Below, piece after piece: positions 30,310-41,086 of a stretch of 64,000 nucleotides of DNA. The translations under genes were made by a program, and so were the position numbers. Source of the DNA: Patescibacteria group bacterium (GTDB lineage Bacteria; Patescibacteriota; UBA1384; 2-12-FULL-50-11). The first letter of the stretch is position 1, and every line of letters starts with the position of its first letter. The stretch covers positions 551,006 to 615,005 of the forward strand of contig BOKZ01000001.1 of assembly GCA_016861245.1 (NCBI GenBank), written 5' to 3'. The notes under the pieces were generated by a model. It made no database searches. It worked only from the letters and a program-made list of their open reading frames with translations, and was not told the origin of the DNA.

Positions 30310-30722
30310 TGCTTTTACCAAAGAAGCTCAAGCACCGAAAAGTCTTTAAGGGAACCTACGCTGGCCCAGCCACGCGTGGCTTTACTGTAAGCTTCGGAAC
30401 TTACGGCTTAAAGGCTATGGATCGTGCCTGGTTATCTTCAAGACAGCTTGAAGCCGGTCGTCGAGCGATGACTCGCTATATTAAGCGTGGTGGTAAAATC
30501 TGGATTCGTGTTTTTCCTCACAAACCTGTTACATCAAAGCCAGCCGAAGTCGGCATGGGCGGCGGTAAAGGCGCGCTTGATCATTTTGTTGCTGTAGTTA
30601 AGCCCGGTACTATCCTATACGAAATGTCAGGTGTTGATGAAGCGACTGCAGCTGAGGCGATGCGTTTGGCGGCCAATAAACTACCAGTTAAAACTAAATT
30701 CATTAAGGCGGACTCCAAATGA
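30309..30722 (+). CDS. rplP: 50S ribosomal protein L16
   Basis: 137 aa [11 protein letters not shown]. Confidence 0.95.
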   Translation: MLLPKKLKHRKVFKGTYAGPATRGFTVSFGTYGLKAMDRAWLSSRQLEAGRRAMTRYIKRGGKIWIRVFPHKPVTSKPAEVGMGGGKGALDHFVAVVKPGTILYEMSGVDEATAAEAMRLAANKLPVKTKFIKADSK

Positions 30723-30934
30723 AGCGAAGAGATTTATTATCAGATATCAGAGGCTTATCAACAGAGAAGCTATCTGGTAAAATAGCCGAGAGCCAGAAAA
30801 AGTTAGTGCTCTTACAGCAGGATAAATTATTAGGAAAGCTCAAAAACGTCCGAGAGCTCTCTGTATTAAAAACCGATATCGCTCGGATGAAGACCGTTCT
30901 CGACGAAAAGATTACCGAAGGATTAAGTAAATAA
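30719..30934 (+). CDS. rpmC: 50S ribosomal protein L29
   Basis: 71 aa, position. Confidence 0.85.
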   Translation: MKRRDLLSDIRGLSTEKLSGKIAESQKKLVLLQQDKLLGKLKNVRELSVLKTDIARMKTVLDEKITEGLSK

Positions 30935-30935
30935 A

Positions 30936-31175
30936 ATGAAAAAAACCCAGGTTGGCACCGTTGTTTCCGACAAAATGCAGAATACTGCTGTTGTTGAGGT
31001 TGCTCTCTGGAAGATTCATCGGATCATCAAAAAACGCTATAAGCGTCATCAACGATTTATGGCCCATAACCCGGAAAACACGTACAAGGTGGGGGATAAA
31101 GTAGAGATCGTTGAGACCAAACCGCTGAGCAAGAATAAGCGTTGGGAGATCACCCGAAAGGTTGAGGTTAAGTAA
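30936..31175 (+). CDS. rpsQ: 30S ribosomal protein S17
   Basis: 79 aa. Confidence 0.93.
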   Translation: MKKTQVGTVVSDKMQNTAVVEVALWKIHRIIKKRYKRHQRFMAHNPENTYKVGDKVEIVETKPLSKNKRWEITRKVEVK

Positions 31176-31543
31176 TGTTACAGCTTATGAGTCGCGTAAA
31201 AGTTGCGGACAATTCCGGTGCTAAGTGGGTCGGAGTAATTAAAGTTGTCGGTCAGGGTATCCACGACGGCGCCGAGCTCGGTGATATCGTTGTTGCCTCT
31301 GTTAAATCGGCGATGCCGCGCGGTAACGTTAAAGCTAAAGAAGTTGTTCGAGCGGTGATCGTTCGACAGAGTAAACCGTATCGCCGCAAAGACGGTTCGA
31401 CGATTCGCTTTGACGACAACGCCGTCGTAATTATTAACCCCGACGGAACGCCGCGAGGAACCCGAATTTTTGGTCCGATTGCCAGAGAGATTCGTGATCG
31501 TGGATACGCGAAGATCGTTTCGCTAGCGCCGGAGGTACTCTAA
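31175..31543 (+). CDS. rplN: 50S ribosomal protein L14
   Basis: 122 aa. Confidence 0.95.
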   Translation: MLQLMSRVKVADNSGAKWVGVIKVVGQGIHDGAELGDIVVASVKSAMPRGNVKAKEVVRAVIVRQSKPYRRKDGSTIRFDDNAVVIINPDGTPRGTRIFGPIAREIRDRGYAKIVSLAPEVL

Positions 31544-31872
31544 TGGCTAGAATTCTAAAAGGCGACAAAGTACTAATTATTGCCGGCAAGGACCGAAACA
31601 AGGTTGGCGTGGTTGAAAATGTTTTCCCTACCGAGCAAAAAGTTGTTGTGGCAGGAATAAATATTGTTAAAAAACACTTAAAAAAGTCGATGCAAAATCC
31701 GCAAGGCGGCGTTATTGAGAAAACTGCACCGATACATATCTCAAACGTTATGTTGCTCGATCCGGCAAAGAATAAACCAACCCGAATTGGTTATATCGTA
31801 ACGCCAAAAGATAAAAACCGCGTCACAAAGCTTAGCAACGAAGTTGTTCGGCAGAACAAAGAGAAGAAATAA
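31543..31872 (+). CDS. rplX: 50S ribosomal protein L24
   Basis: 109 aa. Confidence 0.93.
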   Translation: MARILKGDKVLIIAGKDRNKVGVVENVFPTEQKVVVAGINIVKKHLKKSMQNPQGGVIEKTAPIHISNVMLLDPAKNKPTRIGYIVTPKDKNRVTKLSNEVVRQNKEKK

Positions 31873-32417
31873 TGTCTATTATTAACGTCAAAGAAAATTA
31901 TCAGGCAAACGTCAAAGAACTCCAGCAGAAGCTAGATGTACCGAACGTTTGGGCGCTACCTAGAATTACGAAGGTTAGCGTCAATGTCGGGCTTGGTCAG
32001 CACCGGGCTAATAAAGAGATGGTTAGCTATATCCAAGATACGCTGACAATCATCACCGGGCAGAAAGCTGTACCAACAAAAGCCAAGAAAGCGATCGCTG
32101 GATTTAAGATCCGTGAGGGTGACGTCGTTGGTATGCGAGTAACGCTTCGAGGAGCTAAGATGAACGATTTTCTTAATCGTTTAATTAATATTAGTCTTCC
32201 ACGAATTCGTGATTTTAAAGGAATTGAAAAGAAATGTTTGGATAAACAAGGCAATCTAACGATCGGTCTACGTGATCAAGTTCCGTTTGCCGAACTCGGT
32301 CACGACGCAATGGAGAAGCAGTTCGGTTTAACAATCACTGTCTCGATAAAAAATTCGGATCCAGAAAAGAGTTTCGTTATGCTTCAGACTCTTGGTTTTC
32401 CGATGAGAATCCAGTAA
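31872..32417 (+). CDS. rplE: 50S ribosomal protein L5
   Basis: 181 aa. Confidence 0.95.
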   Translation: MSIINVKENYQANVKELQQKLDVPNVWALPRITKVSVNVGLGQHRANKEMVSYIQDTLTIITGQKAVPTKAKKAIAGFKIREGDVVGMRVTLRGAKMNDFLNRLINISLPRIRDFKGIEKKCLDKQGNLTIGLRDQVPFAELGHDAMEKQFGLTITVSIKNSDPEKSFVMLQTLGFPMRIQ

Positions 32418-32430
32418 AATTGAATCTGTT

Positions 32431-32610
32431 ATGGCAAGTAAACGATACACCACTGGCAAAGTTCCAAAATTCAAAACCCGCATCGTCAATCGTTGCGCAC
32501 TTTGTGGACGTAACCGCGGCTATCTGCGTAAGTTTGGGATTTGCCGAATTTGTTTTCGTGAGCGTGCCAGTAGCGGTGAAATTCCAGGTATCAGAAAGGC
32601 ATCGTGGTAA
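32431..32610 (+). CDS. rpsZ: 30S ribosomal protein S14 type Z (zinc-binding)
   Basis: 59 aa [44 protein letters not shown]...; below ORF-track cutoff; the 64-aa track ORF 32420..32614 is a wrong frame. Confidence 0.9.
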   Translation: MASKRYTTGKVPKFKTRIVNRCALCGRNRGYLRKFGICRICFRERASSGEIPGIRKASW

Positions 32611-32677
32611 ATAAATATGTATCATTACTTCGCTCAGAAACCTTTGCAGAAATCCATGAATATTTTTAGAGGCGCTC

Positions 32678-33049
32678 ATGTATAACGACACTGTTAGCGA
32701 TTTTTTAACCCGACTCCGCAACAGCTCACTCTCCGGCAAGAAAGTGGCGAAAGTTCGTTATAGTAAAATGGTTACTGATATCGCTGAGATTCTTAAAAAA
32801 GAAGGTTTTATTATTTCGATCGATCGCGACGGTAACGAGATGGATATCGTATTAAATAGCGAGACTCCGTTTACACACATTAAGCGTATCAGCAAGCCTG
32901 GCATCCGACGTTACGTTAAATCAAGCGAAATACCAACACCACGTAGCGGTTTTGGTATGGTAATCATTTCAACGCCAAAAGGTGTCTTAACTGGTCAGCA
33001 AGCAAAAAAACAAAAAGTCGGCGGCGAATTAGTTTGTGAGGTCTGGTAA
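32678..33049 (+). CDS. rpsH: 30S ribosomal protein S8
   Basis: 123 aa. Confidence 0.95.
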   Translation: MYNDTVSDFLTRLRNSSLSGKKVAKVRYSKMVTDIAEILKKEGFIISIDRDGNEMDIVLNSETPFTHIKRISKPGIRRYVKSSEIPTPRSGFGMVIISTPKGVLTGQQAKKQKVGGELVCEVW

Positions 33050-33591
33050 TGTCACGAATCGGAATTAAACCAGTTGTAGTTAATGACGGCGTCACTGTTA
33101 CGGTTGAGCCAACGAGTATTACCGCAAAGGGCCCACTTGGCGAACTTTCGATCGCGTTGCCGCACGGAATTTCCGTAACTCAGAAAGATAACAAAATGAC
33201 CGTTGCTCGTTTGAGCGATGCAAAGCAGTATCGGGCATTGCACGGTACGGTTCGTAACCTTCTTCACAACATTATTACAGGTGTCTCAACTGGGTTTACT
33301 AAAAAATTAGAATTAGTTGGTATCGGCTATAGAGCAGCGATCGAAGGGAACGACTTAGTATTACAAGTCGGGTATACTCACCCAGTCCGAATGACGATTC
33401 CCGAAGGACTTCAAGCTAAAGTTGAGAAGAACGTGATTACAGTTACAGGCGCCGATAAACAACGTCTCGGTCAGTTCTGCGCAGAGGTCCGTCAAGTCCG
33501 CAAGCCTGAACCGTACAAGGGCAAGGGTATCCGCTACCAAGGTGAGCACGTTCGTATGAAACAAGGTAAGGCGATGAAGGCAGCGGCGTAA
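33049..33591 (+). CDS. rplF: 50S ribosomal protein L6
   Basis: 180 aa. Confidence 0.95.
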   Translation: MSRIGIKPVVVNDGVTVTVEPTSITAKGPLGELSIALPHGISVTQKDNKMTVARLSDAKQYRALHGTVRNLLHNIITGVSTGFTKKLELVGIGYRAAIEGNDLVLQVGYTHPVRMTIPEGLQAKVEKNVITVTGADKQRLGQFCAEVRQVRKPEPYKGKGIRYQGEHVRMKQGKAMKAAA

Positions 33592-33593
33592 AA

Positions 33594-33920
33594 ATGATAA
33601 ACAGAAATAAAATTCACACTAAATTGCGGTTCAAAGTTTCTGGCACAGCCAGCCGGCCTCGTTTAGCAGTCTATCGAAGCTTGCAAAATGTTTTTGCGCA
33701 GTTGATCGACGACGAGAATGGTGTCACACTTGCCAGTGCTTCTTCACTTAAAGAAAAAGGATCACTAACACAGAAAGCCAAGATCGTCGGTGGAGCAATC
33801 GCTAAGGCTGCGGCTGAGAAAAAGATAAAGACGGCTGTATACGATCGCGGCGGATTTGCGTACAAAGGCGCGGTTAAGACGCTTTGCGAAGCAGCACGAG
33901 AGAACGGATTAACGATATAA
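33594..33920 (+). CDS. rplR: 50S ribosomal protein L18
   Basis: 108 aa. Confidence 0.93.
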   Translation: MINRNKIHTKLRFKVSGTASRPRLAVYRSLQNVFAQLIDDENGVTLASASSLKEKGSLTQKAKIVGGAIAKAAAEKKIKTAVYDRGGFAYKGAVKTLCEAARENGLTI

Positions 33921-33921
33921 A

Positions 33922-34422
33922 ATGGTACGAGATAAAAACGATATCAGCGAAGAGATAATTATCACCGAAGCACCAGAGATGTTGGAGCGCGTAGTTGGAG
34001 TTGATCGAATTTCGCGAACCGTTAAAGGTGGTCGTCGGATCCGTTTCAGAGCGCTGATCATTATCGGCGATCGTAACGGTAAGGTTGGTATGGGAGTTGC
34101 GAAGGCAAACGACGTACAGACCGCAATCGCTAAAGCTAAAAACAAAGCAAATAAATCGATGATCGAAGTGCCGATCGTTAACGACAGTATTGCTCACGAG
34201 GTGATGCAAGTATTCGGAACTACCCGCGTGATCTTAAAACCAGCACCGAAGGGTCACTCAATTATCGCTGGTGGAGCTGTTCGCTCGGTCGTTGAGCTTT
34301 GCGGAATTAAAAATATTGTTAGTAAATCACTTGGTAGCTCCAACGCGATCAATAACGCAACAGCAACGTTTCTAGCACTACAACAGCTAAAAATTAACCC
34401 TGTTAAGCGAGGTCAAAAATGA
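33922..34422 (+). CDS. rpsE: 30S ribosomal protein S5
   Basis: 166 aa; no L30 gene follows. Confidence 0.95.
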   Translation: MVRDKNDISEEIIITEAPEMLERVVGVDRISRTVKGGRRIRFRALIIIGDRNGKVGMGVAKANDVQTAIAKAKNKANKSMIEVPIVNDSIAHEVMQVFGTTRVILKPAPKGHSIIAGGAVRSVVELCGIKNIVSKSLGSSNAINNATATFLALQQLKINPVKRGQK

Positions 34423-34832
34423 GCGTAACGAAGCTATTTAAAGACATGCGCGACACTAAATCTCGACGACTTGGTCGTGGTATCGGCTCGACTAAAGGTA
34501 AAACCGCCGGTCGCGGTACGAAGGGTCAGAAATCTCGAGCTGGAGCTAGTCGAAAAATTAAGCCGTGGTTTGAAGGTGGACAGACCCCGCTATTTCGAAA
34601 GTTAGCTAAAAAGCGCGGATTTTCTCTCGATAAAGTTGAGAAAGTAACTATTACAACTACAGTTCTTAACGCTTTTTATAAATCGGGTGAGACTGTTTCG
34701 CCACAAACCCTGCTTGAGAAAAAGCTAATTCGCGCTAACAAACTTAAGTCACGAATAAAAATTGTTGTTCGGGCACCGCTGGCGCACAAGCTCACATTTG
34801 AAGGTGTACAAACCTCAGCAGCCCTAAAATAA
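34419..34832 (+). CDS. rplO: 50S ribosomal protein L15
   Basis: 137 aa. Confidence 0.93.
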   Translation: MSVTKLFKDMRDTKSRRLGRGIGSTKGKTAGRGTKGQKSRAGASRKIKPWFEGGQTPLFRKLAKKRGFSLDKVEKVTITTTVLNAFYKSGETVSPQTLLEKKLIRANKLKSRIKIVVRAPLAHKLTFEGVQTSAALK

Positions 34833-34835
34833 CTG

Positions 34836-36104
34836 ATGTGGTCTTATTTGCTCCAAGTTTGGCAGTCAAAAGACCTCAGAACAAAGATTCTCTTCACAGT
34901 AGGGATTCTCTTGTTTGTTCGTATCGTTGCCCATATTCCGTTGCCAGCGATCGATCGAGATCAACTTGCAGCGTTTCTTGGACAACAAGAGAACCAAGTA
35001 TTCGGTTTTCTTAGTTTATTTACCGGAGGCTCGCTTAGCCGTCTTTCTATCGATTTACTCGGTGTCGGACCGTACATTACGGCTTCTATCATCGTCCAAA
35101 TTCTCACTAAAGCAATTCCGAAATGGGATGAGATTAGTAAAGAAGGTAACAGCGGTCGCGAGAAGCTCAACCAATACACACGATACCTCAGCGTGCCGCT
35201 TGCTTTAATTCAGGGTTACGCCACAATTACCCTCCTAAAGAGTCAGAATATTCTAACCCTATTAACTACTGAAGATATTATTAAGATTCTTATTACTATC
35301 ACAGCATCAAGTATCTTCGTGATGTGGCTCGGCGAGCTTATCTCGGAGAAAGGTATCGGTAACGGAATCTCGTTAATTATTGCTCTTGGTATCGTCGCAG
35401 GCTTACCGCAACAAATTAGCAACACCGCCAATATTATTGAGTCGGGTAATCTAATAAGTCTTCTAATATTCGGCGCGATCGGATTATTGGTTATTGCGGT
35501 AATAATTATGGTTAATGAGGCGGAGCGAAAAGTACCGATTCAGTATGCACGTCGAACGATCGGTTCCGGTCGAGCCGTTGATAGTCACTTGCCGCTCCGG
35601 GTAAATACCGCCGGAGTTGTTCCGATTATTTTCGCGTTAAGTTTCTTAACGTTTCCGACGCTAATTGCTCGATTTCTTTCTACGGCAAAATCAGACAAGA
35701 TCGTCGAATTTGCTAATAAAGTTACCGAGCTATCCTCGAATAATTTGTACTACGGACTATCGTACTTCCTTTTGGTATTTGGATTTACATATTTTTATAC
35801 TTACATCGTTTTTCAACCAAATCAGGTAGCAGAGAATTTGCAGAAGCAGGGTAGTTTTATTCCAGGTATTCGTCCGGGCAGCGAAACGGCGGCGTTTTTA
35901 AAGTATACAATCGGTCGTATCACCTTTATCGGTGCCACTTTCTTATCGGCGATCGCTGTTTTACCGATTGTCGTTCAGTCGATAACCGATATCTCAACGC
36001 TGGTACTCGGCGGCACAAGCTTGCTAATCGTTGTGTCGGTAGTAATAGAAACCAGCCGACAGCTCTCCAGCCAGCTGATAATGAGAAAGTACGATACTGT
36101 TTAG
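34836..36104 (+). CDS. secY: preprotein translocase subunit SecY
   Basis: 422 aa, 10 TM. Confidence 0.95.
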   Translation: MWSYLLQVWQSKDLRTKILFTVGILLFVRIVAHIPLPAIDRDQLAAFLGQQENQVFGFLSLFTGGSLSRLSIDLLGVGPYITASIIVQILTKAIPKWDEISKEGNSGREKLNQYTRYLSVPLALIQGYATITLLKSQNILTLLTTEDIIKILITITASSIFVMWLGELISEKGIGNGISLIIALGIVAGLPQQISNTANIIESGNLISLLIFGAIGLLVIAVIIMVNEAERKVPIQYARRTIGSGRAVDSHLPLRVNTAGVVPIIFALSFLTFPTLIARFLSTAKSDKIVEFANKVTELSSNNLYYGLSYFLLVFGFTYFYTYIVFQPNQVAENLQKQGSFIPGIRPGSETAAFLKYTIGRITFIGATFLSAIAVLPIVVQSITDISTLVLGGTSLLIVVSVVIETSRQLSSQLIMRKYDTV

Positions 36105-36141
36105 CAAGCGTCGGTTGTAAAAGCGTGTTAGGATTTAGTAT

Positions 36142-36831
36142 ATGAATATTCCAACAAGTGCGTTAATCGTTACCGTTTTACTTTTTGGCTTTTTAACTGG
36201 ATCAACGTTGTTTTTCTACAACAAAACCAGGGTGGAGAAAACTCAGAAAACTGAGCAAGTTAACTCGTTTAACGCTGAGCTACCGAAAAGTGTCGACGCT
36301 AACACTCCTGACGAAGTTGATGCCGCTACCAAACCGGCTGAGCCAAAGGGGCGACCGTCGTACCCAGCTAATGTCTACACCGTTAGTCCGAAAGAAACGC
36401 TCTTTGCAATCGGCAATAAATTTAATATGCCCTGGACGCTAATTGTCGAGGCTAACGGCTTAAGCGACGCCAACGTTATTCAAGCTAACTTTCCGTTAGT
36501 CATTCCAAAATACAACAAGAATACTGATTATTTTCGGGTTAACTTCGTTTTGAATGAAGATAAATTAACAGAAATGAATCGCGAACTCCGTGACGCTAAA
36601 GAGAGTGAGTATTTTGATCCGATCAAAGTCGCTAAAAAGCACGCCGTGCCGTACTTTGCCGTTAACGAGCATGATAGTTTCTCGCTGATTGAAGAGGATA
36701 GAAGTAAAGGAACGGCATTAGTTGAGGCAAAATCTGAGCGCCAAACCAATGTCATTGGGCTGATACAGCCGAAAACCAAAGGCGAAAAAGGTCTCTGGGT
36801 AGTTTTATACGTTGAAAGACATGAACAGTAA
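36142..36831 (+). CDS. membrane-anchored LysM-domain protein
   Basis: 229 aa; N-terminal TM; LysM-like VYTVSPKETLFAIGNKFNMPWTLIVEANGL. Confidence 0.55.
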   Translation: MNIPTSALIVTVLLFGFLTGSTLFFYNKTRVEKTQKTEQVNSFNAELPKSVDANTPDEVDAATKPAEPKGRPSYPANVYTVSPKETLFAIGNKFNMPWTLIVEANGLSDANVIQANFPLVIPKYNKNTDYFRVNFVLNEDKLTEMNRELRDAKESEYFDPIKVAKKHAVPYFAVNEHDSFSLIEEDRSKGTALVEAKSERQTNVIGLIQPKTKGEKGLWVVLYVERHEQ

Positions 36832-37411
36832 TATTCCAGTGTATCTTGTCTTTGGTCCGCAAGGTTCGGGCAAAAGTACTCAAGCCGAGTTATTGAGCGA
36901 GAAACTCTCTATCCCGTATTTCGACGCTGGTAACGAATTGCGACGCTTTGTTGAAACAGATTCAGACGAGGCAAATATTGTTCGCTCCAAGATGCAAAAC
37001 GGTCAGTTAGTCAGTAATGATATACTGCGTCGGCTATTTTCTCAGTTTATGGAAACGCATAACTGTAGTAACGGGATAGTGGCAGACGGATTTCCAAGAA
37101 ATATCACCCAGGTTGAGTTACTCACGGAATTGGCCGAGCAACACCGATGGCAGGTAATTGGCCTATTTATTGATATTTCTGATGAGATCGCTAAGGAACG
37201 ACTTTCGAAGCGCTTTTCAGTTGTTGACGGCAAGAAGGTAGTTCGAAGCGATGATCAGCCCGCTATTGTTGAAAAGCGTTTACAAGTATTCAAGCGAGAG
37301 ACTTTGCCGGTTTTAGAATATCTTAAACAGCATTTTACCCTGCATGTTATCGACGGTACGCCGTCTATTGAAGAAGTACATAAGCAAGTGCTAACTGCTA
37401 TTAATGGATAA
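36821..37411 (+). CDS. adk: adenylate kinase
   Basis: P-loop GPQGSGKSTQ; ATG at 36821 (track ORF begins at upstream TTG 36812). Confidence 0.9.
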   Translation: MNSNIPVYLVFGPQGSGKSTQAELLSEKLSIPYFDAGNELRRFVETDSDEANIVRSKMQNGQLVSNDILRRLFSQFMETHNCSNGIVADGFPRNITQVELLTELAEQHRWQVIGLFIDISDEIAKERLSKRFSVVDGKKVVRSDDQPAIVEKRLQVFKRETLPVLEYLKQHFTLHVIDGTPSIEEVHKQVLTAING

Positions 37412-38135
37412 ATTTAAACGAGACTCGCTGACGCAAGCCGGCAAACTAGCTGCCGCCATCCATCGCGAAGTCGCAAAAAAAATTAAGCCCGGCTTGAATC
37501 TTCTGGAGATAGAGCAGTATGTGGATGAACGAATTAGAAAAAGTGGGATGTTGCCCGCTTTTTACGGGTATAAAGGCTACAAATTCGCGACGTGTTTATC
37601 GGTAAACGAAGAGATTGTCCACGGGCTACCGCACGACTACACCTTAGCAGCGGGTGACATTATTTCCGTTGATCTAGGGGTTAGCTGCAACGGTTGGATG
37701 GTTGATACAGCTCGAACGCACGCGGTTGGTAAAATTACGCCAAAGCTACAACAGTTGTTGGCTAGTACAAACCAAGCACTCTCGGTAGCAATTAATGAAG
37801 CAAAAGTCGGTAATACTGTCGGTGATATCGGCGCAGTTGTTGAGAAAACTGTTAAAGATGCCGGATTTTTCGTGGTTAAGGAATTGACTGGTCACGGTGT
37901 CGGGAAAACGCTCCAGGAACCGCCGACGGTGCCAAATTTCGGTCGCAAGGGGAGCGGAACGCAATTAAAGGTAGGTATGGTGATCGCAATTGAACCCATT
38001 ACCTCTGTTGATCAAACTGATATCGCTGTCTTGTCAGACGGTTGGACAATCATCGCTCGCAACGGTTCGCCGTGCGCTCATTTTGAAGATACGGTTCTAA
38101 TTACCGAAGACGGACCCGTTGTCTTGACTGCATAA
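37404..38135 (+). CDS. map: type I methionine aminopeptidase
   Basis: 243 aa pita-bread fold motifs. Confidence 0.9.
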   Translation: MDKFKRDSLTQAGKLAAAIHREVAKKIKPGLNLLEIEQYVDERIRKSGMLPAFYGYKGYKFATCLSVNEEIVHGLPHDYTLAAGDIISVDLGVSCNGWMVDTARTHAVGKITPKLQQLLASTNQALSVAINEAKVGNTVGDIGAVVEKTVKDAGFFVVKELTGHGVGKTLQEPPTVPNFGRKGSGTQLKVGMVIAIEPITSVDQTDIAVLSDGWTIIARNGSPCAHFEDTVLITEDGPVVLTA

Positions 38136-38162
38136 GGGTAAATTAGGTATAATTTTTCCCAG

Positions 38163-38384
38163 ATGTCGGAAAAAGAAGGAGTAATTGCGCTTGATGGTCT
38201 CGTTGACGAGGCGCTGCCAAATACTCAGTTTCGCATCATACTCGATAACGGGCAGACCGTTACTGGTTACGTCTCGGGGAAAATTCGAAAACACAGGATT
38301 AAAATTTTACCCGGCGACAGAGTAACCGTAGAGTTAAGCCCGTACGATTTAGAAAAAGGAAGGATCACCAAGCGACTTACCTAA
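38163..38384 (+). CDS. infA: translation initiation factor IF-1
   Basis: 73 aa S1-like. Confidence 0.93.
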   Translation: MSEKEGVIALDGLVDEALPNTQFRIILDNGQTVTGYVSGKIRKHRIKILPGDRVTVELSPYDLEKGRITKRLT

Positions 38385-38406
38385 CCGGTAAATCGCAGAC
38401 AATATC

Positions 38407-38520
38407 ATGAAAGTGCACGCAGGTGCGAAAAAGAGATGTCTCAAGTGTCGAATTGTCCGCCGCAAGGGGGTCGTTCGGGTGATCTGCGAAAATCCACGAC
38501 ATAAACAACGACAAGGATAA
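38407..38520 (+). CDS. rpmJ: 50S ribosomal protein L36
   Basis: 37 aa [37 protein letters not shown]; below ORF-track cutoff. Confidence 0.9.
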   Translation: MKVHAGAKKRCLKCRIVRRKGVVRVICENPRHKQRQG

Positions 38521-38521
38521 T

Positions 38522-38908
38522 ATGCCAAGAATTGCCGGAGTAAACATACCAGACCATAAACGAGTCGAGATTGGCTTGACGTATGTTTTTGGAGTTGGTC
38601 CGAGTAATGTGATGAATATTCTTGCGAAAGTTAAGGTAACTGGTAACCCGAAGTTTTCTGAACTTTCTCAAGAAACCGTCGATGCGATTCGTAATATTGT
38701 CGAGAAAGAAATGACAGTCGAGGGTGACTTACGTCAGGTTGTTAATCAGAACATCCGTCGCTTAAAAGAAATCGCTTCGTATCGTGGCACCCGCCACGCT
38801 CGTAACTTACCGGTACGTGGTCAGCGAACTAAAACTAACAGCCGTACCAAACGCGGTAAACGCGTTACTGTCGGATCTGGTCGTAAGAAATCAGCAGCAA
38901 AGACATAA
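38522..38908 (+). CDS. rpsM: 30S ribosomal protein S13
   Basis: 128 aa. Confidence 0.95.
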   Translation: MPRIAGVNIPDHKRVEIGLTYVFGVGPSNVMNILAKVKVTGNPKFSELSQETVDAIRNIVEKEMTVEGDLRQVVNQNIRRLKEIASYRGTRHARNLPVRGQRTKTNSRTKRGKRVTVGSGRKKSAAKT

Positions 38909-38913
38909 ACTAA

Positions 38914-39309
38914 ATGGCAAAATCAACCAACAAAGCAGTTAAGAGCAAGCAAATTCAGCCAGTATCAGATATTCGTATCTCGATTTACTCTTCATTTAAT
39001 AACACAATAATTACCGCTAGTGCTTACCACACCGGAGAAGTACTATCTTGGACATCTTCAGGCAAGGTTGGGTTTAAGGGTACGAAAAAAGGAACGCCGT
39101 ACGCTGCTACTACAGCCATGAAACAACTTCTTGAGCAATTAGCCCCTTACAAGCCCGAAAACGCGTATATGTTTGTTTCTGGCGCAGGTAACGGCCGCGA
39201 CGCAGCGCTACGAGCTCTCTCAGGCTCAGGTTTAAAAGTTAGTAAGATACAAGACGTAACACCGTTACCACATAACGGTTGCCGACCTAAAAAAGCGAGG
39301 AGAGTATGA
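38914..39309 (+). CDS. rpsK: 30S ribosomal protein S11
   Basis: 131 aa. Confidence 0.95.
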   Translation: MAKSTNKAVKSKQIQPVSDIRISIYSSFNNTIITASAYHTGEVLSWTSSGKVGFKGTKKGTPYAATTAMKQLLEQLAPYKPENAYMFVSGAGNGRDAALRALSGSGLKVSKIQDVTPLPHNGCRPKKARRV

Positions 39310-39809
39310 GTACAGCCGCAAAACCAACCCAACAAAAAGCCCGACAGAAAAAAATCACAGAGTACGGTCAACAGCTCATTGAAAAGCAGAAAACCCGACG
39401 CGCTTACGGTTTGCGTGAAGCGCAGTTTCGTCGCTACTTTACAGCTGCCACTAAATTCCGCGGGCAAACTGGTGTTGTTTTACTACAAAGTTTAGAGCGA
39501 CGACTTGATAACGTGTTATTCCGAGCTGGTTTAACAAAATCTCGAGCTCAGGCTCGTCAAACTGTTAGCCACCGTCATGTATTACTTAATCGTCATCGCG
39601 TTAGCGTCCCATCACAACAGGTAAACGTTGGCGATGTAATCGAATTTTACAAAAAAGGCGAGGTTACGTTTTACCCAGAAATCCCACAAGCCGATTGGCT
39701 TAAAGTTGACAAGAAAACTGGTCGAATCACAGTTGAGCGTCTACCAGAAGCTGCCGACTTACCGATTGAGTTTGATACCCAGAAAATTATTGAGTTCTAC
39801 TCACGATAA
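39306..39809 (+). CDS. rpsD: 30S ribosomal protein S4
   Basis: 167 aa. Confidence 0.93.
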   Translation: MSTAAKPTQQKARQKKITEYGQQLIEKQKTRRAYGLREAQFRRYFTAATKFRGQTGVVLLQSLERRLDNVLFRAGLTKSRAQARQTVSHRHVLLNRHRVSVPSQQVNVGDVIEFYKKGEVTFYPEIPQADWLKVDKKTGRITVERLPEAADLPIEFDTQKIIEFYSR

Positions 39810-39878
39810 TAGGGTGTAGGGATTTGAACCATAAGATAAAAAACGATATAATAACTAGGCAAAATATTTGGAGGACGT

Positions 39879-40670
39879 ATGTCATATAAACTACCAGAAG
39901 TATCATTAATGCAGGTTAAACAAGAGCGCTCTGAAGGTAATTCAGCAACTTTTGTGATCGAACCGCTTTCCCCAGGCTTTGGCCTAACAATGGGTAACGC
40001 GCTTCGTCGTGTCTTGCTTTCGTCTCTCGAAGGCGCAGCAATCACTTCGATTCGGATTGACGGTGTAAGCCATGAATTCTCAACGATTAAAGGCGTTCGA
40101 CAAGATGTAGTCGACATTATTCTTAATCTTAAGCAAATCCGTTTACAGCTTGACGGTGACGAACCTCAAGTTATTATTCTCGATGCCAAAGGATCCAAAA
40201 AAGTAAAAGCCGGCGATTTCAAATGCCCAACTGGCGTCAAAATCGTTAACAAAGATCTTGAAATTGCAGAGCTCACAGAAGGCGGCAAGATTTTACTTGA
40301 AGCAACTGTTGAACGAGGTCGCGGATATCTCCCAACCGAACTTCGCAAGGAAGAAAAACTACCGATCGGCGTCATCGCCATCGATGCCGCGTTTTCTCCA
40401 GTTACACGAGTTAACTTCCAAACAGAAAATACACGTGTTGGTAAAATGACGAACTTCGACAAACTCGTACTTGAGATTGATACTGACGGTACGATTACAC
40501 CGCACCAAGCGCTCGAAAGCTCCTCAGCGATTTTAGTTGAGCATTTCTCAGTGGTTTCTGGTATTCCAGCTGCCGCTGTCGAACAAGCAGAGATCCCTGC
40601 AGAAGAAGTTAGCGCTGAGGAAGAAGAAAAACCAAAGGCGAAGCGCGCAACCAAAAAAGCCGCTAAGTAA
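39879..40670 (+). CDS. rpoA: DNA-directed RNA polymerase alpha subunit, N-terminal domain only (no alpha-CTD)
   Basis: 263 aa vs about 330 typical; ends in acidic/Lys-rich tail ...AEEVSAEEEEKPKAKRATKKAAK right before rplQ. Confidence 0.85.
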   Translation: MSYKLPEVSLMQVKQERSEGNSATFVIEPLSPGFGLTMGNALRRVLLSSLEGAAITSIRIDGVSHEFSTIKGVRQDVVDIILNLKQIRLQLDGDEPQVIILDAKGSKKVKAGDFKCPTGVKIVNKDLEIAELTEGGKILLEATVERGRGYLPTELRKEEKLPIGVIAIDAAFSPVTRVNFQTENTRVGKMTNFDKLVLEIDTDGTITPHQALESSSAILVEHFSVVSGIPAAAVEQAEIPAEEVSAEEEEKPKAKRATKKAAK

Positions 40671-40672
40671 CT

Positions 40673-41086
40673 ATGAAACGAACGATCCGAGCACAAGCTG
40701 ATTTCAAAAACACACTGATGCGAAATCAGCTAACTTCGCTCGTATTGTTCGAATCCATTACCACCACAAAGGCCAAAGCCAAGGCAGTTCTACCGTTTAT
40801 CAACTCTTTCTTCAATAAGGTTCGTGTAGCTGATCTAACGGCTAAACGCCTGGCACATCAAACATTGTTTGACAAAAATGCTGTTAAAAAAACTTTCGAG
40901 GAGATTTTACCTCGATACAAGAAAGAAGAGACCACATTTGTTCGACCGTTCCGAATGATGCCACGTAAAGGTGACGCAGCTGAGATGGTTATGATCTCCT
41001 TAATCCGACCACTGGAAGTAAGGGCTGAGAAAGTAACAGCCACAAAAGCTAAAACAGCGAAGGTAGCAACAAAGGAAGCTAAGTAA
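40673..41086 (+). CDS. rplQ: 50S ribosomal protein L17
   Basis: 137 aa. Confidence 0.93.
   Translation: MKRTIRAQADFKNTLMRNQLTSLVLFESITTTKAKAKAVLPFINSFFNKVRVADLTAKRLAHQTLFDKNAVKKTFEEILPRYKKEETTFVRPFRMMPRKGDAAEMVMISLIRPLEVRAEKVTATKAKTAKVATKEAK

Noticed and set aside
32420-32614. 64-aa track [19 protein letters not shown]...
   Set aside because: It is the wrong frame. The real gene is the 59-aa zinc-ribbon S14 type Z (rpsZ) at 32431..32610.
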